From: Camelus dromedarius
Taxonomy: Eukaryota
NCBI RefSeq assembly: GCF_036321535.1
Contig: NC_087437.1
Coordinates: 113,834,001 to 113,898,000, forward strand
Direction of reading: 5' to 3'
Length of the DNA: 64,000 nucleotides
Every line of letters starts with the position of its first letter. Positions within the stretch are counted from its first letter, which is position 1. Under the pieces are notes generated by a model. That model had not been told where the DNA came from and did not search any database. It saw only the letters and a list, made by a program, of their open reading frames with translations. The position numbers were made by a program, and so were the translations under genes. Positions 24,816 through 37,615 of this stretch are shown piece by piece.

Positions 24816-26246
24816 GATGAAAGGCAAACTTCAGCTTCTTTGGAACACATATATAAGCTCTACGGCCCAAAGGAATAAAAGATTAATGGATCAGAACCAA
24901 GATTGCACCATGCAAGGGTCAGGTCTGCAAGTGCCTGTGACTTTTTTCAGTGACGCACTGAAGTCTAAAAATCAAGAACTGAAAAGCAACCCTGGAAGTG
25001 AGCTGGGGTTGTGGTTGACTCGGCAGCCCAAGAGTAGGTCAAAGGAACCTTGAGGCTCTGGTTTGAGCGTGAGAGCAGAGTTGAAATGTCTGACCACAGA
25101 ACGTCGGCTGGACGGGGCTTAGGAGTATCAAATGGGAAAAACGAAGTTAAGCAGGGAGGGGGAAGAGGCCCCATCTGGGACAAAGAGCATGAACGTCAGA
25201 GGTGGGGCCTGTGAGTAAAGGTGGATATCGGTCAAGTCATCTGATGTCAAGTTGAGAAAAGACAATGGTTCTTCAGCCTCTCAGGTTGTCATGGAAGAGG
25301 GTGCTGATGGGGGAGGGGTCTGCAGAGCTGGCCAGATGGCAGGGACATTAGAGGGAAAGTGGAGTGAGGGTCACAGGCGAGAGGGAAGCATAGAAAAGGT
25401 AGATTATTCTTTCTCTCATCCACCGATCTTAACTTTCTAGCTATATGATTGGGTTAATGAAAGTATAAAAAATTAGCACTAAGAATAAGTCACTGCATAC
25501 AGCTGAGACCTATCCAATGAGAACCATGACAAACGGATGCTCTGATACCTTTCTGACAATATGGTCTTCACCACATCATTTTTCTATCCTCAAGCAATGT
25601 GCTGACTTTTCCATATTCTCCATATGACCGTCTAAACTTCCACTTGAGAATAGAATCACCTAGTCTGATAAGAAGAATGAAGCAAGAGGGTAAAAAATGA
25701 TGAAAGCAGATATGCCTATTGTTTCTATAAATATTAACACATAATAAATATTTGGGAATAATAAATAACTGGGTCAACAAATAATGGGGAAAAAACGTTT
25801 TAGTTTATCACTTTGTAATACAAAAAACCTGAATTTCCAGGTTTGTTTATCAAAGAAAGAAAACATTAAATAGCAGGAGAGTCTTTAAAAAGCATTGACT
25901 CAGATTCTTAATGAGACAAGTGGTTTCCTTATTAAAAGTATATAAAACAACACCAAAATCCAAACAGTATGAGAGGAAGGGAGTGTGAGAACTACTTTGC
26001 AAAATCACATTCAGATCTGCCAGGGGGATGTGGCCCTTCCAGCTTCCTGGCTAAAATGGAGCTCATAAAAATATAGTCAATGGGTGGTAAAAACAAAAAA
26101 ATAGTTTGCTGCTAATCTTCAACAGCCTTAAATATAACCTGATATGAAAAACAATATAAATAAGAATGATTAGAAAAAAATATTGAAGCATATGATTCAT
26201 GGGGAGGGCAAGAGGGGCCAGGAGGTTCTAAACAAGAAATTAATTG

Positions 26247-26833
26247 TGACACCTGCACCCCAATGTTCATAGCAGCATTATTTGCAATAGCCAAGACATG
26301 GAAACAGCCTAAATGTCCATCAACATGTGACTGGATAAAGAAGATGTGGTATATTTATACAGTGGAATACTACTCAGCCATAAAAACGACAACATAACGC
26401 CATTTGCAGCAACATGGATGCTCCTGGAGAATGTCATTCTAAGTGAAGTAGCCAGAAAGAGAAAGAAAAATGCCATATGAGATTGCTCATATGTGGAATC
26501 TAAAAACAAAACAAAACAAAACAAAAAAACAAAGCATAAATACATAACAGAAATAGACTCACAGACATAGAATACAAACTTATGGTTGCCAAGGGGATAG
26601 GGGGAGGGAAGAGATAGACGGGATTTCAAAATTGTAGAATAGATAAACAAGATTATACTGTATAGCACAGGGAAATATATACAAGATCTTATGGTAGCTC
26701 ACAAAGAAAAAAATGTGACAATGAATATATATATATGTTCATGTATAACTGAAAAATTGTGCTCTACACTGGAATTTGACACAACATTGTAAAATTATTA
26801 TAAATCAATAAAAAATGTTAAAAAAAAAAAAAA
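26247..26833 (+). mobile_element. Young 5'-truncated L1 (ORF2 C-terminus, 3'UTR, polyA)
   Basis: Encodes DTCTPMFIAALFAIAKTWKQPKCPS..WIKKMWYIYTVEYYSAIK; AATAAA and polyA; TSD AAGAAAT(T/G)AATTG 26234-26246 / 26834-26846. Confidence 0.95.
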
Positions 26834-27299
26834 AAGAAATGAATTGAAATGTGTGTGAATTTAGTTTGGTCCATGTAAGATGGTACCAGTTGTTTAGAGA
26901 TTCCAAAAGATTGTCACATACAGTCAAACTGTTCGGTACCTGGGAGAAGGTTAAGTAATTCTTTCCTCCCCACGCAATTCTTTTCCTTTTGCAAAAGTAA
27001 AGGGTGTAAATTCTTAAGATTCAGCAGCCCATGCTCTTTCTAATAACATGCTAAGAATCCTCTACTACTAAATAGGAAGAAACAGTCAGGGAGAATTTGG
27101 GTCTTTAAAATGCTGCTTCGCTTTTTCACAGAGTGTGCATCTTTTAGCAATCTGACAGCAATGGCTAGCCTAAAACTGGGCAATCATTTCTCAGAGAGCC
27201 CTATTTACCTAATTAAGAGCTTCTCTGTAGTCCCCAGTTACTTAATTGTGTCATTAGCGGCAGTTTTGACATGAAGAACAACTTGTGTCTGGGGCACCA

Positions 27300-27830
27300 G
27301 CCTGGCCTCGGATAGGGAAGCCCAGCAGAGCGGCTCCCAGGGGGGCTGGCAGCAGCCTGCCGCGGTACGGACAGCGCAAAATGGAATAATTGGTCCCCAG
27401 AGGGGCTGTGTCTTCAGCTGCCAATAGGGATTGTTTTTTTCCTTGTGATTTGAAAGCCAAGCCTCCGCGATTCCTCTGCGGACCGTTAACTTGTGGCTCT
27501 GGTGCGCGGCGGCTCACGGGAGGGGTTGGGTCCCAGCGACTGGTACCGCTGTCCTCTTTGCCGCCCCGCCATCTCTGACAGCGCAGGATCGACAGTCCTG
27601 ATCAAGGGAATAATGTGGTCAAGCTTCCTGGCAGTCAGACTGATAAAATGTGCAGTGTACCATGGAGGTATCCAACTGGGCAGGATCACGGGGGTTAAAC
27701 TTCAGACTCGGGGTCAAAAGGATGCTCTGCTCTCCCGTAACATAACAGAGCCACGGGCCAAAATTGACCGCGACCATCAGGGAAGTCAGGTGGGAGCCTG
27801 CTGCTGCTCCTTCCTTTCTCCGGCAGAAGA
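27300..27830. promoter_or_regulatory. CpG-rich non-repeat element (weak CpG island, candidate promoter or enhancer)
   Basis: Many retained CpGs (ccgcggtacgg, ccgcga, gcgcggcgg, ccgccccgcc); CCAAT at 27421; GC box at 27561-27570. Confidence 0.55.
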
Positions 27831-27838
27831 AAAAGAGT

Positions 27839-28093
27839 GGTGACCAGTGGTGACCAGTGGCGACAGGGATGGGGGAGGGGTAACATAGCGGGAGGGGACT
27901 AAGAGGTACAAACTACTGTGTATAAAACAAGCTGCAAGGATGTACTGCACGACACGGGGAAGACAGCCAACATTTTACAATAACTGTAAGTGGAGAATGA
28001 CCTTTAAAAATTGTGAATCACTACATTGTACACCTGTACCTTGTAGAATATTGTTCATCAACTCTACTTCAATTAAAAATAAATAAGTAAATA
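27839..28093 (+). mobile_element. L1 3' end (L1MA-like)
   Basis: aagaggtacaaactactgtgtataaaacaagctgcaaggatgtactgcac...ctacattgtacacctg...ctctacttcaattaaaaat; AGAAAA(A)GAG on both flanks. Confidence 0.85.
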
Positions 28094-28189
28094 GAAAAGA
28101 GCAAACACAAGTGCTGGAAAAGGTTTTCCCAGGAAAAAAAAATATCAACTACTGCTAGAAAGTGTTTTTTGTTTTTAAGTTTTGAGGGT

Positions 28190-28432
28190 TTTTTTTAATT
28201 GAGATAGAGTTCACACACAATAAATTCACCTTTTCCAGTTGTACAATTCAGTGGTTTTAGTATAGTCACAGAGTTGTGTGATCACCTCCAACTGCCTAAT
28301 TCTAGAATGTTTTCATTACCCCCAAAAAGAAACCTTTTACCCATTAGCAGTTACTCCCCATTCCTCCCTGCCCCGAGTGCCCAGCAATGGCTAATCTATT
28401 TTCAGACTCTGTGGATTTGCCTGTTCTAGACA
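28190..28432 (-). mobile_element. L1MB-like 3' end
   Basis: ttaattgagatagagttcacacacaataaattcacc...tacaattcagtggttttagtatagtcacagagttgtg. Confidence 0.85.
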
Positions 28433-29284
28433 GTTCTAGAAATGTTTTGGATTCAAGAGGTTTTAGATATCTAATATGGATTAGAGTTGACAAGTATTAA
28501 AAGAGTGACATCTAAATTGGAGGGAAAAGGAATTCTCTGTTGCCTATAAAAAGGGCTTCAAAAAAATGACCGCAGATGGCACAAAGATGGCGGTGAACAC
28601 ATTGACCTATGTCTCTCTTCCTATTCTTTGGATACTACGGTGAGTAGAATTTGTCACAGAAACTTAAACTACATTTTCTCAGTTGCAAGCCTTTTTTCTT
28701 TGGACTAGCACAGCAATGATTCATTGAGGAAATAGGTATTCTCATTTGCATTTTGGGTCTCTATTTTGGAGAAGTTTCATTCAAGACTGTCCCTCTCTGT
28801 CTGTAAAAAAGAAAAATCTTCTTTTTTTGGGAAAGTGTCTTGAAAAGAAGAGTATAAACAACAATCTTTTAATAAAATTTTACTTTCTAACAAAGTATAA
28901 AGGATTCAAATTTACTTAGATAAGGTAGCTAATTGAAGTGAGCTATTATTTATATGTAGATAATGCAGCCTGCTGTTGTGTATTCTAGGACACAAACTTC
29001 TTCAGTGTAGGGTCACTGAAATAACTTTAGAATGTATCATTCCAATCCTATTTTCTCAAAATTGAATTATAACTATTGGTCCAGTTTTGCCTTTGAGTTT
29101 CTCAGTAGAGCCTTGGGCTCTTAACTCTGGAACATCTGTTGCCTTAATGGCAAGTCAGTGCCAACTTTTTAAGTTTAAGTAGAGCTGTTTGGATTCATCT
29201 TATGTTAACAGTTACTTGAGAGGGAGATGTTTGCTACTAATTAAAACTGCTTCACTTCATTGCAAGTCTTAATGCTGGGAAGGA

Positions 29285-29500
29285 TCTTAGTCTTGGTTCT
29301 CCCAGAAAGCAGAGCCTGAGACAAGGGTTTGTGTGTAGTTTTGGGGGGAGAAAGATCCCAAGAAACAGGAGTGGGAGACTGGATAGAGGGAAATGGGAGG
29401 AAGAAATGTCCAAAAAAAGTACATTACTGAGCTAGCCCCAACAGTGCAGCTGAGGCAAGATGCTGTCAGGTCATAGCTGTGTTGGATGGTTGCTGCAATA
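29285..29500 (-). mobile_element. ERVL-class LTR fragment (LTR33/LTR16/LTR67-like)
   Basis: tcttagtcttggttctcccagaaagcagagcctgagacaagggttt...gatcccaagaaacaggagtgggag. Confidence 0.6.
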
Positions 29501-30119
29501 AATGTTTGGAGGAACATGTAGCTGTAAGAGGTGTTACAGTAAAGTGTACCCCAATTTTATACACATGATGGATACTTAAAGAATTGCCAAGGATGAACCA
29601 CAGTTCTATGCACATGGAGGCTTTGTGTCTGGGTGGAACTTCAAACGAGAAGAGATCTTTTTCAGTCATTGCAGCTTTAGACTCTCTCAGAATCCTGGCC
29701 ACAAAGACAGTAGATGTCAGAAGATTGGTGGAGGGATCTTGGCCAGGAAGGAAGGCTCCCATGGTTGACACACAAAGATGGGGAGCCACGGGTGGCCAGA
29801 AGTAGAAGCTGGAATCAAGAAGGAGGAACCTCAGGGCGGAGCAGGCAAGATGCAGGTGGGACCACAGTGGGGAGTCTCTTCTTCTCTTGGCCAGACCACA
29901 TAAGGAGAGGGTCAGCTTCTCAGTGAGGATGAATTAAAGCCCACCCTTGGGGCACTATGCTCCTCAGAGATAGTGGAAGATATGTAGATCTCGTTCTAAA
30001 GTTCAAATTCAATGAAAACAGTTTGTTAATTTCATGAAGGCTAGCACTAAATAATTCTCAGTTGATAAAATAACACCCAACTTAAGTGGGCTATTCCTGA
30101 TTTTTATAAACAATATTCA

Positions 30120-30650
30120 CCTGGTTTTTCAAACACTGATAGAGGAGGAGTAAATTGGGATGAGCTGTCTGGAGGAGGGCAATTTGATAACAGAAACCAA
30201 AGCCTTGAAAATGGATATGTCTATTTTTAAGAATTGATCTTAAGTAGACAAGCAGATATATTCACAAATGTGTATATGTAAGGATGACTATTAAAACAGT
30301 TAATAACATTGAAGACAACATCGTTAATAATTGGGAGATAGTTAAAATTCTGGTATAGCCAGATAATGGAACACCAGGAAGTTATCAAAAACTATGGTGT
30401 AAATACATGCATATTAACATAGGAAGAGGACTACAATATTGTTAAATAACAAAGCAAGTCAAGCCACAGGATTGCTTTTACTTAAAGTTGTATATGCCTA
30501 GAGATTTATCTAGACACGTATTTACCGAGTGTTTAGCTACTCATCTCTAAGTACCACTGGTTCAGGAGATTTTTTTCTTCTACGTATTGTATGTATCATT
30601 GGGGATTTTCTAAGTCACACTATTATTTTTGCAATCTGAGAAAACAGTAA
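30120..30650 (+). mobile_element. Ancient L1ME-like 3' region
   Basis: aaacactgatagaggaggagtaaattgg...ggagggcaatttgataaca. Confidence 0.55.
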
Positions 30651-30881
30651 AGATATTTTCATTTTGAGGAAAATAGATTCTAGTTCTCGGTTTGGGCACA
30701 AACATGTGGGAAGCTCCTACCTTTCCAAATTTAGCCTGGGTGTGCTACTTGCTACAACAACACGCAATAATTAGCTGACTCAGGGTATATTTCCACTCAA
30801 CAAACACATAAGATTTTGGCTGGGGTGAATTGAAGAAGATTTGCCAAAAATCTAGATCCACGTAAGCAGAAACTAACTTAC

Positions 30882-31023
30882 CAAAAATCTAAGGACAGGT
30901 TGCCCTTAACTTTCTGCAGATCGTCAAAGGGCTCACCCAGTGTGCCCAATATATCAATCATCGAACCCCAAAAACTTGTTTTTGGTTTGCTCAGAGTGCC
31001 AGTGAGTCATTCACATTGAAAGA
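30882..31023 (-). other. Candidate non-coding exon (142 nt) or alternative first exon
   Basis: Acceptor tcttattttctgtgtcccaaacgtcag|T, donor TTG|GTAAGT; stops in all three frames; AP-1 sites at 31003 and 30776. Confidence 0.25.
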
Positions 31024-32189
31024 CTGACGTTTGGGACACAGAAAATAAGATCATTATCAAGGGACTGTTCCCCTGAGATTCTCTAAACATCCTTCTTCCT
31101 TCTCAAGCCCCTCCCAGGATCTGCTGGGTTCATCTGGGGTTTATTCCTTGCCTTACTCTACTGCACTGGAGACAGGATTCAATTTATTAATGAATGCATT
31201 GATTTAAAATATTTTACGCAATATATCCAACAGCACATAGTTAGAATATGTAAACTGTAGATCATATGCTGATAAAGTATATTTTGTCAGTCTATTAATT
31301 AGATTAATATGTTAATTAGATCGATCTGCTAGATATTAATAAGCTTGTCAGAACATCACTGCTGTAACACGAATGATTGCCCTACTGATGGCTTAGAAGC
31401 ACATATGCCTTCTGATTCATCAAAAGACAGTAATTTGCTCCTCAAATAATTCAGTGCACTCATTCTCGACTAACTGGAAATGCACATGTGATCTTACAGA
31501 AGGTCTGGATTGATGAAATATCCCTGGTCCCCTTGGTGCCGAATAGATACACTGCGTGTTGTCACCTGTATGTCTACAGGTGGCTTTGCAAGGATTTTCT
31601 TTTCAAGTCCATATCCTTTTCCTCTCCAGTTGGGTAAAATCATTCACTGTATTCTCAGTTCTGGAAGCACTCAGACTGTATCTAGGAAACCCCAGTGCCT
31701 AGCACGTGTCTCCTCAGGACACAGACATAAAGGACTGAAACCCCTGTTTGTTCACCTCAGGATGAGGCTGGATATCTGAGAGCAGATAATAGATGCTTTT
31801 CAGTGACAGGAGTTTAAGAGAGGAACACGAGTGGCTTCTTAACCCAGGACTTTGCCAGTGGGTGGCCTGGCAAGAGAATCAGCTGACTATGCCCTTTCTG
31901 GCTTGCATTTGACCGTGGCCTCTTCCCTCAGGCCAGCAACTCCAAGCTTGGATGGACCAAGGTAGAAACTCAGCTGGGCACCTGCAGGGCACTCTGTCTT
32001 TGCTTAAATTTTGTTTGCCTTCATTGCTTTTGTTGCCTCCAGAACACAGAGGTTTTGATAAACTGCTTTAGGCTGTTTTAATCTTAGTGATTTTTCTTTT
32101 AATTCTAGAAACTTTAAAAAAAAAAAAAGCGTTTGATTTTGTCTTTATGTCTTTTATGCAAATTTACTTTTCATTTGATTTTTAGTAAC

Positions 32190-32330
32190 ATTTGAAATGA
32201 TAGATTTGTAGGCCCCACCTCCAGAGATTCTGATTATTAGGTGAGTCTGGGCTGGGCCCCAGACTTTCTTACTAATTAAAAAAAGCAGCCTAAATGATTC
32301 TCTGAGGCAGCTGAGTTTCACAACCACTGA
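32190..32330. mobile_element. MER5A-like hAT-Charlie MITE
   Basis: ggccccacctccagagattctgatt...gtctgggctgggcccag...caaccactg. Confidence 0.7.
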
Positions 32331-33250
32331 CTGTGTCGTTCAGTCTCAAAGAATGGGAAAACCTAGTCTTGGACTTATGTAATTTTCTGGCACTAGGCAA
32401 TCCTCCTCATCTCTCATTTGCAGTTCCAATATTTATGAAGAACATAAATATGTATCAGTTACCACTTGGCCCTGGAAATAGAGACAATACAATGGGCTGA
32501 GAAAAAAGATCAGGCAGAAAGTCAGATTCTGAGGATGATGCCTTGAGTCAATCAGTGTAGTTTTGTTTCCCGAAAAGAACTAGGTTTTCTTAAAATTTTG
32601 AAATGATCCTTTGGGAAAGGTAAAGTGAGCATTTAAAATAGGATGTAACTTATTTGCATCTTTTCAGAAGAACGGCTTACACATGCATTAAGCAGTGGAA
32701 CCATATTTTTCTTTTGAACAAAAATGTCACCCCGAGCTCTGATACATACGACATCCAAGTAGGGTTTTAAATTGCTCAGCCTGTATTTAGTGGGTCTTGG
32801 TTTGAAATTGTTTGGAGGATTCTTCTTCCCCTTCCATTTTTTTGAAAACATAGGCAGATATCCCTATAGGCTCCCTTCTAAGCGTGTCTTGCAACCTCCT
32901 TCAGATTCAGTGGGTGAGGTTGGGAGACGGAGGAGATGATGCTGGCAGGTGTGACGGGCCTCATCCTGCTCCCTGCCTTGTCATCAGCTTAGACCAACAG
33001 ACAAGTTCTGCCCCTGGCTGCCCCCAGGCCTTCTACAATGGCTGGATCAATCCAGTTTTGGGGTTCAGGGTTAAGAATCCAATACAGGCAGACAGTATTA
33101 AGCTGTTTGTTATAGCAACAAACTTCAGCTTCCTCCCTCAACCAAGCTTTTGCCCATCAGTAATGAATGATGCTACACTTCCATCGTCATAGACCTGACT
33201 CCTATTTGTGTCTCTTACTCTGCTCAGGAGAAACAAGAATATTTCCTTAC

Positions 33251-33318
33251 CCTCCTTCAATCCTAAGCAACTCTATTTACTACCACAAGGGCAATTTGTG
33301 AGAACGATGCGGGCTGCT
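33251..33318 (-). other. Candidate small exon (68 nt)
   Basis: Acceptor ttataattctgtttatcag|A, donor AGG|GTAAGG; non-repeat context. Confidence 0.3.
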
Positions 33319-33444
33319 CTGATAAACAGAATTATAACTAAGCATTGTCACTGGTAAAAGCAAGGTAGAGCCTCGTGGTCTCTGACATTTGTCAGCTGTT
33401 TGATTAAGATTAAGGTTTGGGGAGATTAAGTGAGGAGGAAAACC

Positions 33445-33610
33445 ACTTAATGTCCCCATACCTTGTTTTCTTCATCTGCAGAACAGTACCTTTCAGATAG
33501 GATTATTGTAAAGTTTATACAAATTGATATTTGTGCATGAGCTAAATGTTTACAGCAGTTCCTGGCATGTATTAAATACCTCATCCGTGTTTGCTGGTAA
33601 TATTATTATT
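33445..33610 (+). mobile_element. MIR
   Basis: cacttaatgtccccataccttgttttcttcatctgcag...tagcagttcctggcatgta-like 3' end. Confidence 0.7.
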
Positions 33611-34364
33611 TATTTCCTCTTTTTTGGTTGATACTGTTTTATTGCACAATACTGAAAAAAAAAATTTGACTCATGACACAGGAATAGCCAGGAAAAATCA
33701 TTTGTCTCTCCTTCTCCCTTTTTGAAAAAAAAGCAAAAACAGACAACAATCTACTTTCTAGAGTCAGGACCCTTTCCCATCAAACCAAGATGTCTGGAGA
33801 CACTTCAGTCTGAGATCAGCCCCAAACCAGTGAACATCACTTAGTAAAGTAATAATAAGTGTGTCAAGATCAACAGGTAACATATCTGAAAACTCATGTT
33901 TATTATAGAGTTTTACATGTTTGAAATATTTTGACATGAAATTGCACTAAATATGAAAATTCTGAAGTACTTTCTTGGAACACGGTTTGAGAACCAGCAC
34001 TGCACCTGATTAAATCGACCTTTCCTTTCAGAAAGGCAGAGCTTAGAAGGATTTATGAAATAGAGTAGAATCTTAATCAGCATTACCAAAAAAATTTAAA
34101 AAGAGAGCTTATTTTAAGAGCTACAAATTCAAAACTGAAGCTTAAGATCACGCTGTGGAAGACCAGACAAGCCTTTTCTGAGTTACTGCTTCTACTTCTG
34201 GTAGCCTTGCTGAGTTCACACAACTCCGAGGGACTCCATTCATGTCGCTTCGACATAAATAGTTCCCCCAAAATGGTTGGACAAAATGGTTTTCAAGAGT
34301 TCTTCCAGTCCCTTCCCTGGGGATCCTGTGGTTATGCTTGGAGATTTGACCAATGTTGTTATCT

Positions 34365-34530
34365 CTTGTGCAGAACAATGGCCCCTCAAATATTTCCATG
34401 TCCTAATCACTTGAATCTATAAATAAGTAAACACCTTATCTTAAAACATGGTAAAAAGGACTCTGTAGCTTTGATTAAGTTAAAGACCAAGAGATGGGGT
34501 GAGGGTCCTTGATGATCTGTCTCCATGAGA
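34365..34530 (+). mobile_element. MaLR LTR 5' part (MLT1D/E-like)
   Basis: cagaacaatggcccctcaaatatttccatgtcctaatc...catggtaaaaaggact...gattaagttaaagacc. Confidence 0.7.
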
Positions 34531-34554
34531 GAAACAGACTTCTCCTCCTTCCCC

Positions 34555-34800
34555 ATTTACTGAGCAAAGTGTACACACCTAGACATTTGTAAGACATCAA
34601 TTTAGTTGATTCTCCAGCAATTCTGGGAAGCAGTTGCGTTATTATCGTCCCCATCTTATTGATGGGAAAACTGAAACACAGGTACACAAAGAGCTTGCCA
34701 AGGGCATGCAGTAATCAATGGTGAAGTCAGAGTACAGTCCCACGCAGCCTGGCTCCTGAGCCCATGGCGTCGGGTGTTACAACACACTGCCTCACGTATA
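34555..34800 (-). mobile_element. MIR
   Basis: attatcgtccccatcttattgatgggaaaactgaaacacag...cttgccaaggg. Confidence 0.7.
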
Positions 34801-34994
34801 AGTAATATACAAACAGTATCAATGCCAAGGTCATAAGCCAAACAATAGACATGAGAGAGAGAGCATGTTATGCCACAGAGTGATTTGGGACATTAGAGTG
34901 ATAATCTCTTGGAGGAGACGGAAAATCCTTGTTGGAATGGGAACATTCTGTCTTAATACGAATTAACGAGAAAAGCTGACGTTTGCTCCTTGCC

Positions 34995-35497
34995 CGTGTA
35001 TCAGTTACCTGCTGCTGCGTGACACTCTGAAACTTAGTGGCTGGAAATGATAAGTACTCGTTCATACTCATCAGACTGTGGGTCATCCAGATGGCTCTCC
35101 TTCAGTGAGCTGGACTGGTGCGGCAGTGGTCAAAGGAGATTTCAGCAGAGCTCTGTGGACCTACGCTGTGAGTCTTCAGATGTTGGGGGTCAGCTGGCTA
35201 CAGGCTGGGCTGCCTCAGTCTCCCTCGTGGACTCCATCCTCCAGCAGGCTAGCCCAAGCTTGTTCACGTGGAGGTGGCAGGGTCCCCTGGGAGACAGCAG
35301 CCCGGCACGGCACTGCTTCTGCTGTCGTCAACAGGACAGAGCAAGACACAGGGGATTCAAGGGGATCGAACAGGAAAAGTTTCAAGGGAACACAGAGTCC
35401 ACCTTTTGATGGGAAAAAACTACAAGGCACAATGTAAAGGAACATGGACACAAGAGGGCAGAAAATTGGGAACATTTTTGTTATCAGTTAACCACAG
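34995..35497 (-). mobile_element. MaLR LTR (MLT1H/I/J-like)
   Basis: tgtatcagttacctgctgctgcgtgac...aaacttagtggctggaaa...tcctccagcaggctagcccaagcttgttcac. Confidence 0.7.
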
Positions 35498-35619
35498 CAC
35501 ACACTGGTTTCTTTAGCCCTCATAGCAAATCTGTGATGTGAGTAATATCACTGCACTCCTTTGATAGCTGAGTGAATGTCGGAGCCAGCGTTGGCACCGG
35601 GGCATTCCTGATGCCTGAG

Positions 35620-37230
35620 TCTGAACGTAGACAGCGGGACCAGCACGTGCACCCAAGGCTCACAGGGGAGGAAGAGCAGGGCTGCAAGGGTTCTCTGGTG
35701 CTCAGTCTTGCAGGAATACAGTTGCATGCTGTGGAGGGTCAGGAGGCAGGGGAGGAGAGCAGGAGTCCAGATAAAGCAGCAGGCAGTGGAACGGAGGGTG
35801 GAGATAGCCATGAACATTGAAGAGTCTACTGCAACCCAGGAGAGAAATGGTAAGTGACTGAACCCAGGCCATGGCTGAGAACCTTGCCTGGAGGAGAAAA
35901 GAGCAGAGAGACAGTTAAGAGGTTGCGTGATCAGGATGCAGCCACTGCTGGATGTAGAGGATGAGGGAGAGGGAGGATTTGAGGACCATGAAGAGATGGG
36001 AATGCCATTCACAAAACAGGGAGTTTAGGAGGAAACAGGTTTGTGAAGGTTGGGAAGATGGGAGGGTGTAGGCAGGTGGAGACAACTCATTCACCATTTA
36101 CCCAGTAAATATTTTGGTGCTGTTGTATGCAGGTTCTAGGCACTTGAGATACATCAGACACAAAACAAACAAAAATCTGCACTTCCTGGAACTTTTATTT
36201 TAGTGAAGAGGGACCAACAATACTTACCAGAAACATAATGAAGAAGCAATTCTTACAGTGTGATGAGAGATTACAATTACTATGCATGTGTTACCTTTGG
36301 CCACTGTAACAAAAAGGCCACATACAGGACAGCGTGTATCAGACATGGATTCTCATGCCATTCTGAAGGCCCCAAGTCCCAAATCAGTATCACTGGGACA
36401 AAATCAAGGTGTCAGCATGGCCATGCTGCCACTAGAGTCTCTGGGGGAGAATTCATTCCTCGTGTCTTCAAGTTTCTGGCGGCTGCCGGCGCTCCTTGGC
36501 TTGTAGTTGCATTCCTCCCATCTCCGCCTCCAGGGGCACATCACCATCTTCTCTTCTGTCTGTATGAAATGTCCCTCTGCTTTCCCTCTCATAAGGATAC
36601 TTGTGATTACATTAAGGGCCCAGCTAGATAATCCAGGCTAATCTCTCTGGCTCCAAATCCTTAATTTAGTCCCATCTGCTAAGTCTCTTCCATATGACAT
36701 AACTCATTCCAATGATTAGGATGCAGATATTCCCCCCCCCCGGCCCCGGGGGAAGGAATATTTCCATTTACTAAACTATTGCTCAAGGGAAATGCAAAGC
36801 AGGATGTGTGGGAGCAGAAATGCTGGGGGTCGAGAAGGTGATGTTGAGCAATAAAGCAAAGTGGTCCAGAAAGGGCTTACTGTGGAAGTGACATCAGAGG
36901 ATGTCTGGGGGAAAACGATCTAGGCAGAGGCAAGTGAGAAGGCAGTGATGGGGAGGGCAGCAGTGTGCTGTAGGTGGAGGGAGTAAGGGCAAAGGAGGAC
37001 CAGCCAGGGCACAGGAGTGACACGAGAAAGCCTGTTTTAGACAGACTGACTTAAGGTGACCAGGGAACCTGGAGGTCCTGGGCCGGATGGGGGAAAGTCT
37101 CTATGCATTTGAAGGGGAGGTGTGGTCATGATTTTAGGTGAGATCAACTAGGAAAGATCTATAGAGTGAAAAGAAGAGAAGTTGGGGACAGCACCACATG
37201 AAAGACCGGTGTTTAAGGGATAACTGACTT
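35620..37230 (-). mobile_element. Fragmented LINE-2, interrupted by MLT1
   Basis: Purine-rich antisense L2 motifs, e.g. actcattcaccatttacccagtaaatatttt...ctgcacttcctggaactt. Confidence 0.55.
36285..36730 (-). mobile_element. MaLR LTR (MLT1C-like)
   Basis: aaatcaaggtgtcagcatggccatgct...ctctgggggagaattcattcct...ggctgccggcgctccttggcttgtag...taagggcccagctagataatccagg. Confidence 0.85.
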
Positions 37231-37276
37231 TAACCTCATCTGTCTACAGAAACCTGCATTTTAGAAAGCAACGTAC

Positions 37277-37615
37277 CGGTCTTTTCTCAGACAGCCTTCA
37301 GCCTAGGCGAAGTTCTGGTCACGGTTCATGGAAATGGTTCAGCTTCAAAGCTGCAGAGACGCCCAGAGGACTAATTATGCTCTCCTTCCTGAGCCACTTT
37401 CCTGATCACCACTGAGCCATGTCCTCCATCTGCAATTTTGCCCACGACCTCCAGGGTGCCTAGCACCCTGGGCTGGCACACTCTACTTGTCGTGCAAGAG
37501 TTCCTGAGCCCTCTTCGTCTTAAGAGTCTTGAACTGCTGGGATGGGGAACGATTCTACCACAGGAAACCGGACTGAGCGATGGTGTTTTCTGATGGGCCA
37601 CTTCTCTAAGAAAAG
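37277..37615 (-). other. Candidate non-coding exon (339 nt)
   Basis: Acceptor tttccctctttttgtgcag|C (alternative AG at 37605), donor CCG|GTACGT; CpG-retaining unique sequence; no frame open to the donor. Confidence 0.35.

Noticed and set aside
26309..26668. 119-aa hydrophobic minus-strand ORF
   Set aside because: Antisense translation of an L1 3' end
29453..29480. AGGCAAGATGCTG...CATAGCT resembles mature miR-31
   Set aside because: Interrupted by extra bases, no complementary 3p arm, and lies within an LTR fossil; chance similarity
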